A stretch of DNA of 64,000 nt, taken from assembly GCA_000002435.2 (NCBI GenBank), contig CM018793.1; one strand, 5' to 3'. The stretch comes from Giardia intestinalis (Eukaryota). Below the pieces are notes generated by a model, which was given only the letters and a program-made list of their open reading frames with translations, did not search any database and was not told where the DNA came from. Both the position numbers and the translations under genes were made by a program. This document shows positions 29,376-39,633 of the stretch, piece by piece (position 1 is the stretch's first letter; every line of letters begins with the position of its first letter).

Positions 29376-32300
29376 TCACTGGCGCACGCTTGTGTACAAG
29401 GAGTATGTCTTCTGGACATACTCAGAGCACTTTGCTATCGTATCCGCCAGGATGGTACCATGTCCAGCAATCTGTGTGAGAACAGTGTTTGCCCCCTCGA
29501 TTAAATTCGCATTCGTCTGATCTTCAACAATGCTAATGTGGTGATCCCCAAAGTAAAGGGAGAGGAAGGCGTACAGTGCGTGCACAAGGTTTCCGCTCAT
29601 GAAGTTCGGGTCGTTGCGTGCGAACGCGCTTATTATCAACTGTATGCTAGCGATCACCTCCTCGCGGTCGGTCTGGACGGTGCTCGCAAGGTCCAGCCAT
29701 GACGCCCAGAACTGTGTGAGTCCACCACTCATGTTGCCAAGCTCAGTTGGAAAGGCCTGTGCCATCCTAGCCGAGAGCGTGACAGCGTTGTCATATGCTG
29801 CCAAGGCCTCTTTGCTGACCAGCTCCCCGCTCTTTACGACTCCTATCAACTCAGTGGCGTTCGCCAACAGCGTAGGAATGAGAATGGCTAGGCCAGGATC
29901 GCCCTCATATTTCTCAAACAGCAGTCCGGCAGTGTAGCAGCAGACTTGGTTGATCTCTACCCACTCCTTATTGAGCTTTGTGTTCTCAATTATTATGGTT
30001 ACAAACGGTTCCACAAGAGACTTGGAGTTTGCCGGGCTCAGGTACTTAACGATGTCCGCCAGGATGGATACAGCACTCGTCAGGAAGGCGACTTGCGCGC
30101 CACTGATCCCGTTCTTCTTAGTGCTGGTGTAGTAATTCACCCACCTCTTGATCACAGGCATAAGGAGAGGTGACATGAAATCCAAGGAGAGATCTCCCAG
30201 GGCCTCTGCAAAGGTACCATAAACGTCTGCAAACGTCGCGATGGCATCAGAGAAATCGTCAACAGTGTCTGAAACCATGGTCGCCGTCTCTTCTGGATCA
30301 AGGTCATCGTCGCACTCGAGATCCTGGATGCTCACTTCGAGCAACTTACGGCACTGATCCTCGAAATTCTCTAGAAGAGAAAACACCTTATTGACTGTCT
30401 CTGTATATGAAGTCATGTCTTTAGTCGAAGTGATGTACTTGCAATAGTCCATGACATACTCAGCCATCGAGTCTGCTATGCTCTGGTAAATGTCGATGTC
30501 ATCAATGTTAGATTCTGTAGCAGCTATCAGCATGGTGAATGCCCTCTGGTGAACTGCAGGAGGAGAAGCCACAGTGGGAGCAGCGACGGCAACACGAAAA
30601 GCGGTGCAGATGCACTCGATGCTATTCAGTTTGAGCGATTCTGATATGGACCCTGTGTGGAAGCTTCTGTCCTGGATCTTCGTCAAAAATGCATCCAGGT
30701 GCGGAGCAAATGCTGCAGGAGTTTTGCGCATAATGCCAGAAATAACGTCGAAGCCGACCGCTTGTAGCTGAAGGACGTGCGGAGAAATAGTAAAGCTGCA
30801 GTCATCATCATCCGTTACCGCAAACTCGTTCACATTATCAAACTCGATGTACTTTAGATTGAAGATGTCGTTCAACTTTGCAATGATCGGGTCCATGTAC
30901 TTGGGGAAGGTTTCTGGGTAAATGTCGACTATTCTGCTGACAGCGATTAGCGTATACTTAAGTAGAGACGACTCCGCATCATCTATGGAGAAGTTAAAGA
31001 GCTCCATGATGGCCGTCAAAAGCGGGTCGATGTGGGGAGCGAACAGCTGCGGAAGGGTTCCAGCTACAATAGAGAGACACTCCAGTATTCGAGAGATGTA
31101 GCTCAGTCGGGGCTTATTCAGCGACATGTTGGGGGACTTACGTAGAGTCTCCATTACGTTGGTGAACATGCCCAGGATGTGAGGAATGTAGTTCTTGCAC
31201 ATATCGGCGAAGTCATTCTTCAGAAGCGTGTTGGACAGACTAGCAACCAGTGCAAGTGAGTTCGTATTGCTGAGGAGGTGATTGCTCTGCATGAGGTGCA
31301 TAGTGATGACTGGCTCCAACGCATCCTTGTAGAGATAGGTCTCGGCCTTCTTAAGGTGCTCCAGAAAATTCACCAGGGCCCCAAGAGAGTGTGCGGCCAC
31401 CGCTATGCAGGGGTCTTGGGCCATCTTTGTAAGGAGGGGCATGACCTTTTCGTGGAACGTCTGGAACGTCGGAGCATAGTCTTCCGAGAGCTGCCCAATG
31501 GCGCTGAGCACGCTATACCTGACACGCTGATGAGGATGGTTGCTCAGCTCGAGAAGGGTATCGATTGTGAAAACTATGTCCTCCTTTGTCACAAGGCGAG
31601 CAAGGCCCTCGGCGGTTATGGTGAAAATATTAGCGACGGCAAAGCAATTGTGGACGGTTGGGTTGGCCTTGGCATAGCTAACAAAGTCTTTAATAAGCGG
31701 AAAGATCACCTTATAGCCCAAGGTTGTGGAGATTCTATCGAGAGCGCTCTCTGCGTAACCCAAGAGGCTATTCTGATCATCAAAGTGGTGCGGATCCTCC
31801 GACGTCAGCCAGGCCTGGGTCAGAGTATCGTCAAAGAGACCGCAGTATGGGAAAATAAACTGAGAAATGATCTCGGAGATGGCCTTCTTTGCACGCTTTC
31901 GGATGTCTGAAATGTTTTCGCAAAGATAGCTGAAAAGCACTATGGTCAGTCGCTTCAGCGAGTCGTCAATCTCAGGAGGCGAGAGGATCCCTGTAACAAG
32001 TATGTGGACGTCCTTCACCATTGGCTTAAGCACTGCCCCATTCATATCAGCTATATCTACAAGCTGCTCAAGGGCCTGCTCAGCGTCCATGAAGTTGTGC
32101 CTGCCAATCATGGCCGGCAAGCGCTGAATTATTTTATAAACAAACTGCTGAAGAACGCTGTTGGGAATTACGCTATCGTTCTTCTCGTCTTCGTCGTCAG
32201 AATCTCCGTAGAGGATCAGCGCGTTGACACACTTGATGGCAGCAACTGCGACAGTGTCTGCCTGGTCCTCAAGGCCTGCAAATATGAGATCTATGATGGC

Positions 32301-32831
32301 CTTGCCGCCGATCTTTGTAACAGATGTATATGCAAGCCCACAGATGTACTTTATACAATTCAGGAAGCCCACGCGCAATTGGGACGTAGTCGTTGGAGCG
32401 GCGAAGTGGGTCTCAAGGGCCTGGAAGAACTCGGGAAACTGGGCAACTCCCCCTTGTGGATCGCTCTCCAGAATCCTCTCTAGATGGACGCCAAGGATCT
32501 CACTCAGAAATCGAATGCTGTTGCTGCTTGTCTGTCCAAGCATGGTGTTCAGGATGCGGACCATGACCTCATGAACGCACTCGGGATTGCCATTCCCGGC
32601 TCTGTACACGGCCGCCACATCTCCTGATTGTTCCATGTCACGGCGGAAAAGGATGGCGGCATAATTGGAGCTTGAAGAATTGCTGCATATAACTTCAATA
32701 ATGTTTGCGACATATGATGCTGGTTCCTCTTGCTTGTACTTAAAGTAAAAATCTTCCACTTCCTTGCGCTTTTGGGTGTCCTGTTCCGTTTGGCACTGCT
32801 GCAACAGATTCTGAAAGCTCGCGAGATCCAT
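29376..32831 (-). CDS. Importin-beta/karyopherin-family HEAT-repeat transport receptor.
   Basis: The first ATG is at 32829-32831 (the track ORF began at a TTG). The N-terminus MDLASFQNLLQQCQTEQDTQKRKEVEDFY…AAILFRRDMEQ resembles the importin-beta N-terminal (IBN_N) domain. About 1,100 aa of Leu-rich helical repeats follow. Confidence 0.6.
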   Translation of the reverse strand: MDLASFQNLLQQCQTEQDTQKRKEVEDFYFKYKQEEPASYVANIIEVICSNSSSSNYAAILFRRDMEQSGDVAAVYRAGNGNPECVHEVMVRILNTMLGQTSSNSIRFLSEILGVHLERILESDPQGGVAQFPEFFQALETHFAAPTTTSQLRVGFLNCIKYICGLAYTSVTKIGGKAIIDLIFAGLEDQADTVAVAAIKCVNALILYGDSDDEDEKNDSVIPNSVLQQFVYKIIQRLPAMIGRHNFMDAEQALEQLVDIADMNGAVLKPMVKDVHILVTGILSPPEIDDSLKRLTIVLFSYLCENISDIRKRAKKAISEIISQFIFPYCGLFDDTLTQAWLTSEDPHHFDDQNSLLGYAESALDRISTTLGYKVIFPLIKDFVSYAKANPTVHNCFAVANIFTITAEGLARLVTKEDIVFTIDTLLELSNHPHQRVRYSVLSAIGQLSEDYAPTFQTFHEKVMPLLTKMAQDPCIAVAAHSLGALVNFLEHLKKAETYLYKDALEPVITMHLMQSNHLLSNTNSLALVASLSNTLLKNDFADMCKNYIPHILGMFTNVMETLRKSPNMSLNKPRLSYISRILECLSIVAGTLPQLFAPHIDPLLTAIMELFNFSIDDAESSLLKYTLIAVSRIVDIYPETFPKYMDPIIAKLNDIFNLKYIEFDNVNEFAVTDDDDCSFTISPHVLQLQAVGFDVISGIMRKTPAAFAPHLDAFLTKIQDRSFHTGSISESLKLNSIECICTAFRVAVAAPTVASPPAVHQRAFTMLIAATESNIDDIDIYQSIADSMAEYVMDYCKYITSTKDMTSYTETVNKVFSLLENFEDQCRKLLEVSIQDLECDDDLDPEETATMVSDTVDDFSDAIATFADVYGTFAEALGDLSLDFMSPLLMPVIKRWVNYYTSTKKNGISGAQVAFLTSAVSILADIVKYLSPANSKSLVEPFVTIIIENTKLNKEWVEINQVCCYTAGLLFEKYEGDPGLAILIPTLLANATELIGVVKSGELVSKEALAAYDNAVTLSARMAQAFPTELGNMSGGLTQFWASWLDLASTVQTDREEVIASIQLIISAFARNDPNFMSGNLVHALYAFLSLYFGDHHISIVEDQTNANLIEGANTVLTQIAGHGTILADTIAKCSEYVQKTYSLYTSVRQ

Positions 32832-33639
32832 GGGCTGTGGGGGCAATCTTTTTAATTGCAAGTTTGGTAATTTTTTGGACCTGTTTTTTGGGTTTTGCCA
32901 GTCGAGTTACTGACACAGCTGTGGAAGTGCGCGTCATTCTCTTCTGCACTGCGGCCCAGATTCACCCTCTTGTTTTTTACCGAGCAGAAGCGCTTAAGCC
33001 AGGTAAATCGGCGCTCTCGTAGAAGGTCAAGCCATAGAACTGTGCCGGCAATGACGATATTAGTAGTACCAGTGCACAAAACCCGGTGATGCATCATGGG
33101 AATGCAATACTTTTAGTATGAAAGCATGTTACATGAATAGATACGAATAGATATCAAAGATGTAGTCTTTGTGCTGCTAGAAAAATATGCAGTGTGTACC
33201 TTCACTGGGCCTTCTGTGTCCTGATGCCGTCAAGTTCACACTTCGCAAGCAATAGCTGGTAGTTGTCCAAATATACGGTCGAGAGATCGCCAAGACCACA
33301 CAATGGCCTCTGTATTACCAGCCTTCAACTATACTAGCTACTATAAACCTCTATTCAGAAAGCTGCAATCTCAGAGCATCCACAGAACCTTTTCATGCTG
33401 TGCATGGCGGTCAATGGCATATCCAAATAGAAGCCCTCGCTCACTGAACGTTGCCCAGCAACACTGACCACGTGCTTGGGCCCGATGCCACGATTTCCGC
33501 GGGTCAGTCATTTCAAACATCTAAACATTGGGTCCCTGATGTGGGCAGAAACATAGGATACAGTGATCCTGTGCTCAGCTTAAAGAGACTTATGACTCCT
33601 CACCCGCTTAGCTAAGTCGGCACTGATGTGACATTGAGA

Positions 33640-33646
33640 ATTTACT
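33640..33646 (-). promoter_or_regulatory. Polyadenylation signal AGTAAAT just 3' of the alpha-SNAP stop.
   Basis: The minus strand reads TAG GACTC AGTAAAT TCTC. Confidence 0.5.
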
Positions 33647-33651
33647 GAGTC

Positions 33652-34548
33652 CTACAGGTAGTCTTCTACGCCGCCGTCCTCGGCCTGGACGGGCTGCATA
33701 TGTTCAAGGACCTTCTCAAAGAGGAAGTTCCTGAACTTGCTCCGTGAAAAGGCCGTTCCAAGGCGCTGTTTGAGCTTCGCAGTGGCTTCTGCAAATGCTT
33801 CTAGGTCGTTGTTTTCGAGGGCTTCACTTGCCTGAGTCATGAACTCGCACTCAAAGGACCCGTTAAACGTAGGGTCTACAGAGGCGTAACGGTCGCGAGC
33901 CAAGTCCAAAGTCACCTTGTCGGGGGAGACGCACAGACAGAGAAAGGCAGTGAGGAAGTAGCCGCGTGCATGGAACTGAAGCAATTGTATCTTGGTACAA
34001 TCAGTCCCGATTTCCTCTAGCAGCCTAGAGCTCTCGGCATAACTTCCATTGAGTCGTCCATTCAGCTCAGCAACGTGCTCCTTACAGGCGCGGATCTCTG
34101 TTGCGGCCGATGCTTCCTTGCTGAATAGATCCATGGCTTCCTTGTACATTATATAGGCCTTCTCCTCTTTTCCTTGCTCCTCCAAAGTCTCTGCAAGCTC
34201 GCGCATAGCCTTGCCTGCTTGCATGAATCTTCCTGCCTCTTTTGCTGCCTCTATCATCTTAAGGAACGCAGCGTTAGCGGCATCAGGGTTGTCCTCCTTG
34301 AGCGTTGCTGCGGCTGTACTATATAAGTTGACTGCCATTTGTGGCTTTCCGCTACTCACGTGGAGATCAGCACATTTCATATATGCCTCTCCGGCCTTGG
34401 TGTAGTTCTTCGCCATCTTGTAGTAGTTGCCTGCCTTCTCGTAAAACTCGATCGCTGAGTCCGTGTCAGGTTTCTTGAAGACCCCCCTTTTTAGCTTCGC
34501 CTCTGCCTGGCGGACATACCCCGCTGCCTGCGTCTCGTAGTCAGACAT
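33652..34548 (-). CDS. Alpha-SNAP (soluble NSF attachment protein).
   Basis: TPR-like helical repeats with the alpha-SNAP pattern AGNYYKMAKNYTKAGEAYMKCADL…LYSTAAATLKE…AIEFYEKAG. The start is set at MSDYETQ (ATG 34546-34548), 27 nt from the divergent alpha-giardin. Confidence 0.85.
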   Translation of the reverse strand: MSDYETQAAGYVRQAEAKLKRGVFKKPDTDSAIEFYEKAGNYYKMAKNYTKAGEAYMKCADLHVSSGKPQMAVNLYSTAAATLKEDNPDAANAAFLKMIEAAKEAGRFMQAGKAMRELAETLEEQGKEEKAYIMYKEAMDLFSKEASAATEIRACKEHVAELNGRLNGSYAESSRLLEEIGTDCTKIQLLQFHARGYFLTAFLCLCVSPDKVTLDLARDRYASVDPTFNGSFECEFMTQASEALENNDLEAFAEATAKLKQRLGTAFSRSKFRNFLFEKVLEHMQPVQAEDGGVEDYL

Positions 34549-34575
34549 CTGCCTGAAGCCTTTAAAAATTTTAGT
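34549..34575. promoter_or_regulatory. 27-bp AT-rich divergent promoter shared by alpha-SNAP (minus) and the alpha-giardin paralogue (plus).
   Basis: CTGAAGCCTTTAAAAATTTTAGT lies between the two start codons. Confidence 0.5.
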
Positions 34576-35547
34576 ATGGCCTCTACATGCAATCACGTCC
34601 TCGTGGCCGGCGAGCTTAAGCAGTGCATAGAACAGAATGACCTTGATAAGCTCCTCTACTTCACTGTTCGCTATAAGAATGCAGATAAGTTGAAGATTGC
34701 AGAGGACTACTTTACCCTGACAAACCGGATGCTCACCGGCGACATTGCACGCCTCGCCTCGAAGGATGTCGGGGAACTGTTGGCAGCTAGCTGGAAATAC
34801 TATCTAGACGTCAAAGCGACATTCATTCACGATGCCTTCAAGAGTAAGACGCCCCGGCGCGGTATCGAGCTTTCCCTTATGTCCAGCCCCGATGAATGGA
34901 TAGGCCTTAGGAAGGCGTATGCAGGGCTCTACAAAGAGGACATGGAACAGGTAATCCGAAAGGTGTGCCCTCAGAATACAATCACAACCCGAATTCTGAT
35001 TGCCTGGATAGCGTACAGGCGTACTCCGCGAAACAGCCCCACGGAGGACATTGCTAACCTCTACGCTGCAGCCACTGGTAAAAGGGATGCTTCAGAAGAA
35101 GAACCCAGTGCTACCACAGGAAAGAAGGCCAAGAAAGGCTCCAAAGGCGGCCAAGCGGCGGGCCCAGATTGGGATTTTATACTGAAGATGATCGGAACCA
35201 GCACTCCTCAGGAATGGGCCCGCATATACAGTGGCTTCGAAAAATGCTATTCGATGTCTTTGTGCAGTGTTTTGAAGCCCCACATGAACCAGGCAGACTA
35301 CAGCGCCTTTGAGTTAGCCAGCAACGTCCTTTGTGACATTGTCCAAGGAATAGCGTGCTTGCTCCACATCTATGTTACTGCAAAAGACGCCGCTGGGATC
35401 ATGGGACTGGTATCCATGTACTGCGACAAATGTAACAACCTTCGCCTTGAGTATCACAAGTTCGGAGACCTCCGAAGCGACCTCGCCCGAGTGCTGACAC
35501 CCGCCTCCCTACACGCCTGCCTTGTCCTCTTACAGGTTCCCGAGTAG
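34576..35547 (+). CDS. Alpha-giardin paralogue (annexin homologue) with moderate GC3.
   Basis: Annexin-like repeat blocks (LKQCIEQNDLDKLLYFTVRYKNADKLKIAEDYF…, WIGLRKAYAGLYKEDMEQVIRKV) and a Lys-rich insert. The length (323 aa) is typical of alpha-giardins. Confidence 0.75.
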   Translation: MASTCNHVLVAGELKQCIEQNDLDKLLYFTVRYKNADKLKIAEDYFTLTNRMLTGDIARLASKDVGELLAASWKYYLDVKATFIHDAFKSKTPRRGIELSLMSSPDEWIGLRKAYAGLYKEDMEQVIRKVCPQNTITTRILIAWIAYRRTPRNSPTEDIANLYAAATGKRDASEEEPSATTGKKAKKGSKGGQAAGPDWDFILKMIGTSTPQEWARIYSGFEKCYSMSLCSVLKPHMNQADYSAFELASNVLCDIVQGIACLLHIYVTAKDAAGIMGLVSMYCDKCNNLRLEYHKFGDLRSDLARVLTPASLHACLVLLQVPE

Positions 35548-35574
35548 CCTGGCGATTGAATTTACATAGTACAA

Positions 35575-37215
35575 CTAGACTGAATCCGGCGCACCGTACT
35601 GCCTAATAAAGTAGTCTGGATACTTGTCTATCACCTGCATTAGTTTATTGCTGAATAACCGCAATCGCTCTACGGGGACTGCGTGAAGGTCGTCGGTCTT
35701 ATTAAAGCCACACACGTCTCTAGCGTTGACCATCTCCGAATAAACAATATCCTCATGCTCACTCTTCTTATTATTCATAATATATGTTATCATTGTTCTG
35801 ATTTCATCTAAAAGGGCGTCCCGCTCGCCAGCATCGTTATCTAAAGGCTGAGAAACTGCCTGCGAGGAGTGTTCTTCGTCTACGTCAATGCCAAGAAAAC
35901 TTTGACTATCGGAGGCCCCGTCACCCCCGCTGGATTTTGGAGGGCACTCAGCTGAGGGCTTAGGAACCGGGGTGCTGCTAACTGAGCCCCGTGTGCGCGG
36001 AGGGCGCTGCTCTCCCGGTGCTTCTGCAGGGGGCGGCGGACGGCGATGAATAACGCTAACCTGAGGGACTGTTCCAGAGGAACGACGGCTCTTAGACGGC
36101 TCGATTGGTGCGTACGGAAGCATGTCACTCATATACGCATTTGCAAGCATGTGGTACAAGAGCTCCTCGGCCTCCTCGCTGACGAAATGACTGAAACAAT
36201 CAGGCATGTCACTAAATTCTCGCTTCCAGGCCGAGCGGATATCTGCAAGCATCGAACCACCCATTTTATGTAGAAAGTGGTCTAATGAATTATAGCGCCG
36301 TGCATTGAAAGCAATGAGTAAGAGGTCGCGCAGAAGCTCCTGGGCAGATCTGTATGGCTTGGGCCTTCGCTCCTCATCACATTTATTTGCCGCCATCGCT
36401 CCTATCCGATAACACCAGTCGATAATACTCTTTTTATCAACGTTCTGTATCTCCTCGAGACTCAATTTCCGAATCAGTTCAACTTTCATTAAGACGTCTC
36501 CGTAGTCTGCTCTTTTATATGTTAAGAAAAGATCTGTTACCGCCACTGTTGTCGTTACATTGGGCGGCTTGGTCTCCGCTCCTTCTCTATTACTCTCTGG
36601 AGTCTCTCCTGAAGGGCCTTGCCTGTCTGCTATCTTTTCCCCGTCTAAGCCGTTATCGCTAGCCTCAAGGCTGTTATCACCTTCGCTCTCCTGAGGTATA
36701 TCCCGCCAATCATACTGGAGAAATAGTGTATTGCTTTCCAGTTGGCTTCGCGTCTCATATATTCGTGCAAGAATCGCTAGAAAGTGCATGGGGGCAGGCG
36801 TCCGATAATAGTAGCCAGGCGCTTGATGCTCCTTCTCATCTACCCGCAGCATAAAGAAATAGCGGTATTCATCGTTGCGAATAAGGCTCATTAGGATTGC
36901 CTGTAGTTTTAGAAAAAGACTGTTCATAGTGGAGCTATAAGACCCATGAGCTACGTCGCGCTTGAGCCCAGGCTCAGCCACGAGCCGCGAATACCAGATT
37001 TTCATTTCTTCACGGGTTTTCCCGGCCACATCCGCGTCCTGGGGGAAGGGGTGCTCATTGATGATGTTTGGGGTTAAAAATGCTTGCCTCCGCATTTCCA
37101 TGGAGCGCGTTAGGGAATCTATGTATTCAATGGCGCACAAGTAGAGCCCCGCGTAGTAGGCACCGCTTTCATGGTGTCCAGACGCCCCTCCGGAAGCCCT
37201 ACTTTTTGCTGGCAT
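35575..37215 (-). CDS. Hypothetical protein with a possible bromodomain-like module.
   Basis: ATG at 37213-37215. DLLLIAFNARRYN resembles the bromodomain NaxxYN block. The assignment is weak. Confidence 0.5.
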   Translation of the reverse strand: MPAKSRASGGASGHHESGAYYAGLYLCAIEYIDSLTRSMEMRRQAFLTPNIINEHPFPQDADVAGKTREEMKIWYSRLVAEPGLKRDVAHGSYSSTMNSLFLKLQAILMSLIRNDEYRYFFMLRVDEKEHQAPGYYYRTPAPMHFLAILARIYETRSQLESNTLFLQYDWRDIPQESEGDNSLEASDNGLDGEKIADRQGPSGETPESNREGAETKPPNVTTTVAVTDLFLTYKRADYGDVLMKVELIRKLSLEEIQNVDKKSIIDWCYRIGAMAANKCDEERRPKPYRSAQELLRDLLLIAFNARRYNSLDHFLHKMGGSMLADIRSAWKREFSDMPDCFSHFVSEEAEELLYHMLANAYMSDMLPYAPIEPSKSRRSSGTVPQVSVIHRRPPPPAEAPGEQRPPRTRGSVSSTPVPKPSAECPPKSSGGDGASDSQSFLGIDVDEEHSSQAVSQPLDNDAGERDALLDEIRTMITYIMNNKKSEHEDIVYSEMVNARDVCGFNKTDDLHAVPVERLRLFSNKLMQVIDKYPDYFIRQYGAPDSV

Positions 37216-37285
37216 CGATTTTTATGTTTGGAAAATCATAAAATAATTTGATAATTTGACATTTATTTCCGTGGGCCTTTTACTC

Positions 37286-38998
37286 TTATTCTGGATTACT
37301 AGAGGATTCCCAGCCCCGTCCCCTAGGTGTACTGTTACCGCTGGTGCTGCCAGAGCCAACTGTCCCGCTTTCTCCCAGTGAGCTTCCGCTTCCAAGCATG
37401 TGCTCCATGGGCTTAGCCTCAGAAAGTTGCTTGCCTGTAGCCGCTGTTTTCCTGCTATCCTCGATTTGTGCAACGTTTGGATCACTCATTCGACTCAGTA
37501 TCTTATACCGGCACACACTATAAGCAAACATACAGATCCCAATGATCGCTGAAATGGCGTCTCCGATTGGAAATGGAAATAGGTAGTCGCCCTGGTCTCC
37601 GTTCACTGACGCTGTAATGATGAGTATGACTATGGTTGTCACAGTCCTGGGTAGTGGCAGTAGGATGCTCAGTAGTGAGCGACCCTCAAGCTGAGCAAGC
37701 ACAGTCATGATGCAGTACGCCGGCATGAGGGGAGGAGTAATGAAAGCAAGCTTTCCTGTTTGCTTGAGATACTTCTGGAGAAGGATCACGTCGTCAGTGG
37801 GCTTGCGAATTAGAGGTTGGACAGCCAAGAGCAGAGGCTCAGCAAGGGGCCCCAAGATAACGCATACAAGCGTGCTCGCTATGGTCATAAACATGAATGC
37901 AAACAACATGGCCTTGTACATACGCGAGTACTTTCTGAGTACTAAGTTATAGTTTGTAGTGATTGCAAATCCTGATAGTAGCCCATTGTTGATGACATTG
38001 GCTGCCTCACGCATGAGTAGATAGTTATAAAACGCTATACGCCGAGCATGCATAGAGGTACGGTCTGTGTACTTAATGCCGTAGAGTATGTTGACCAGTG
38101 CTACTAACACATCATCTATGGATTCAAGAAACCAGTGCAGCATCCCGATAAGGAAGACCTTTAGTAATATGCGACCATTTAGTGGGAACAGCCGCTTTGT
38201 AGAAAACTTGAGCCCACCTTTCAAGGCTACTTGAAGAACCGTCTTCCGGAAGACGAGCATTGTCAACCAGATGGACACGAACAGATGAGCTATTATGTTT
38301 CCGGTTCCAGCCGCTATCAACCCTCCTTCGTTGGCCGTTGCTCCGTACATATACGCTATATAATACGATATGGAACAAAAGAGTACAGAAAGCACAGAAA
38401 GCAGCCCACTGCGTACAATATCTACAAAGGTACGATTCTCCAGACGAACAAATGGAGACATACCTATAGTCACGACATTGAAGAGCGTGGACATGCCTGT
38501 CATCAGGGCGAAGTAAGGCGTAGAGAAGCTTATTGCAGATGTTGCAGACATCGTTACAAAACAAGCAAGGGATTGATACCAGCTAGTGAAGAGCAAGGGA
38601 ATAAGGAGAGCCCATATCGCCGCCATAAAGAAGTAATGAGAGTAGTAAACGTTGGCGATTTGAATTTGCATTTGCCCCAGTGCACGCCCCGCAAATCTGG
38701 CCGATGCTTTGGCGAGGGCAAGGATAGGGTGCTGGCAAAGGAGAGAAATAATCGGTTGATATGTTGCAAAAAGGGAAGTGGATCGAAAGCCTGAATAATG
38801 AAACACCTGAACGTAAATAACCATCTTCGCTACAACGGCGAGGAGGGAGCTAACAATAGAAGCGCCAGCATGCCTCCAGAGAAGACTGTGCACAGGCTGG
38901 GTGGATAGTTGGAAGATTTTCCCATCGACCATGCTGGATGCCACTGAAGATGAAAAGTCAGAGCTAGCATCATCGGAGCTGTCGTAGTCGTCTGCCAT
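37286..38998 (-). CDS. Multi-pass membrane transporter-like protein with 12 or more TM helices; MOP/MATE/Rft1-like flippase fold is possible.
   Basis: ATG at 38996-38998. Hydrophobic helices are regularly spaced along about 500 aa, with an acidic N-terminus and a Ser/Gly-rich C-terminus. Confidence 0.6.
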   Translation of the reverse strand: MADDYDSSDDASSDFSSSVASSMVDGKIFQLSTQPVHSLLWRHAGASIVSSLLAVVAKMVIYVQVFHYSGFRSTSLFATYQPIISLLCQHPILALAKASARFAGRALGQMQIQIANVYYSHYFFMAAIWALLIPLLFTSWYQSLACFVTMSATSAISFSTPYFALMTGMSTLFNVVTIGMSPFVRLENRTFVDIVRSGLLSVLSVLFCSISYYIAYMYGATANEGGLIAAGTGNIIAHLFVSIWLTMLVFRKTVLQVALKGGLKFSTKRLFPLNGRILLKVFLIGMLHWFLESIDDVLVALVNILYGIKYTDRTSMHARRIAFYNYLLMREAANVINNGLLSGFAITTNYNLVLRKYSRMYKAMLFAFMFMTIASTLVCVILGPLAEPLLLAVQPLIRKPTDDVILLQKYLKQTGKLAFITPPLMPAYCIMTVLAQLEGRSLLSILLPLPRTVTTIVILIITASVNGDQGDYLFPFPIGDAISAIIGICMFAYSVCRYKILSRMSDPNVAQIEDSRKTAATGKQLSEAKPMEHMLGSGSSLGESGTVGSGSTSGNSTPRGRGWESSSNPE

Positions 38999-39066
38999 CT
39001 ACCCACAAAGACAAAGGGCGATCTAGATCCCAAGTAGTTTTTTGAAGGTGCAAAACGACTTCAGAT

Positions 39067-39633
39067 TCACTCTACTCTAACGCCGAGCTCAGTCAGCTCT
39101 TTAATAACTATGTCGACAGCATCCTTGTCAACTGGCCTGGAGCCTTCGCGGAATACACGCACTTCGAACCCTTCTCGGCGGGCGTCGATAGCGCTGTAAC
39201 GAACACAAAAGTCGAATGCCAAACCAACTATGTCGCATGTCTTTATGTGGTGCTCTCGGAGAAATTGTGCTAGTTTGGTTCCCCCGAAGCATGAGTAAGC
39301 ATCCAGATCCACCTTTGTCCCTTTCCGGATGCGTACATCTGTTTTCTCTACCACTAGATCCGGGTGCAGCTGGGCCCCTGGGGTGTCCTGTACACAGTGG
39401 TCTGGCCACAGATAGTCATGATCGCCATATGGAGTGAACGGCTGCTTATTATATCGGGAAGCAAAAGAGCAATGATGTGGAGGATGCCAATCCTGAGTGA
39501 TGACGACCATGTCGTAATGTCTACTTTGGCGTAACTGATTAATAAAGGGAATAACCTCTGCCCCATCGTTGATGCCCAGGGCTCCTCCTTTGCAGAAGTC
39601 GATCTGCATATCGATTATCAATAGGGCGGCCAT
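39067..39633 (-). CDS. Nicotinamidase/pyrazinamidase (isochorismatase family, PncA-like).
   Basis: ALLIIDMQIDFCKGGAL is the isochorismatase N-terminal motif. WPDHCVQDTPGAQ matches the nicotinamidase metal and active-site block. The protein is 188 aa. Confidence 0.8.
   Translation of the reverse strand: MAALLIIDMQIDFCKGGALGINDGAEVIPFINQLRQSRHYDMVVITQDWHPPHHCSFASRYNKQPFTPYGDHDYLWPDHCVQDTPGAQLHPDLVVEKTDVRIRKGTKVDLDAYSCFGGTKLAQFLREHHIKTCDIVGLAFDFCVRYSAIDARREGFEVRVFREGSRPVDKDAVDIVIKELTELGVRVE

Noticed and set aside
33652-34596. A longer alpha-SNAP ORF starting at the upstream in-frame ATG (MIACRGHTKIFKGFRQMSDYE…).
   Set aside because: It would overlap the divergent alpha-giardin start by 21 nt. 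The MSDYETQ start leaves a typical 27-bp AT-rich spacer and matches alpha-SNAP N-termini better. The longer form stays possible.
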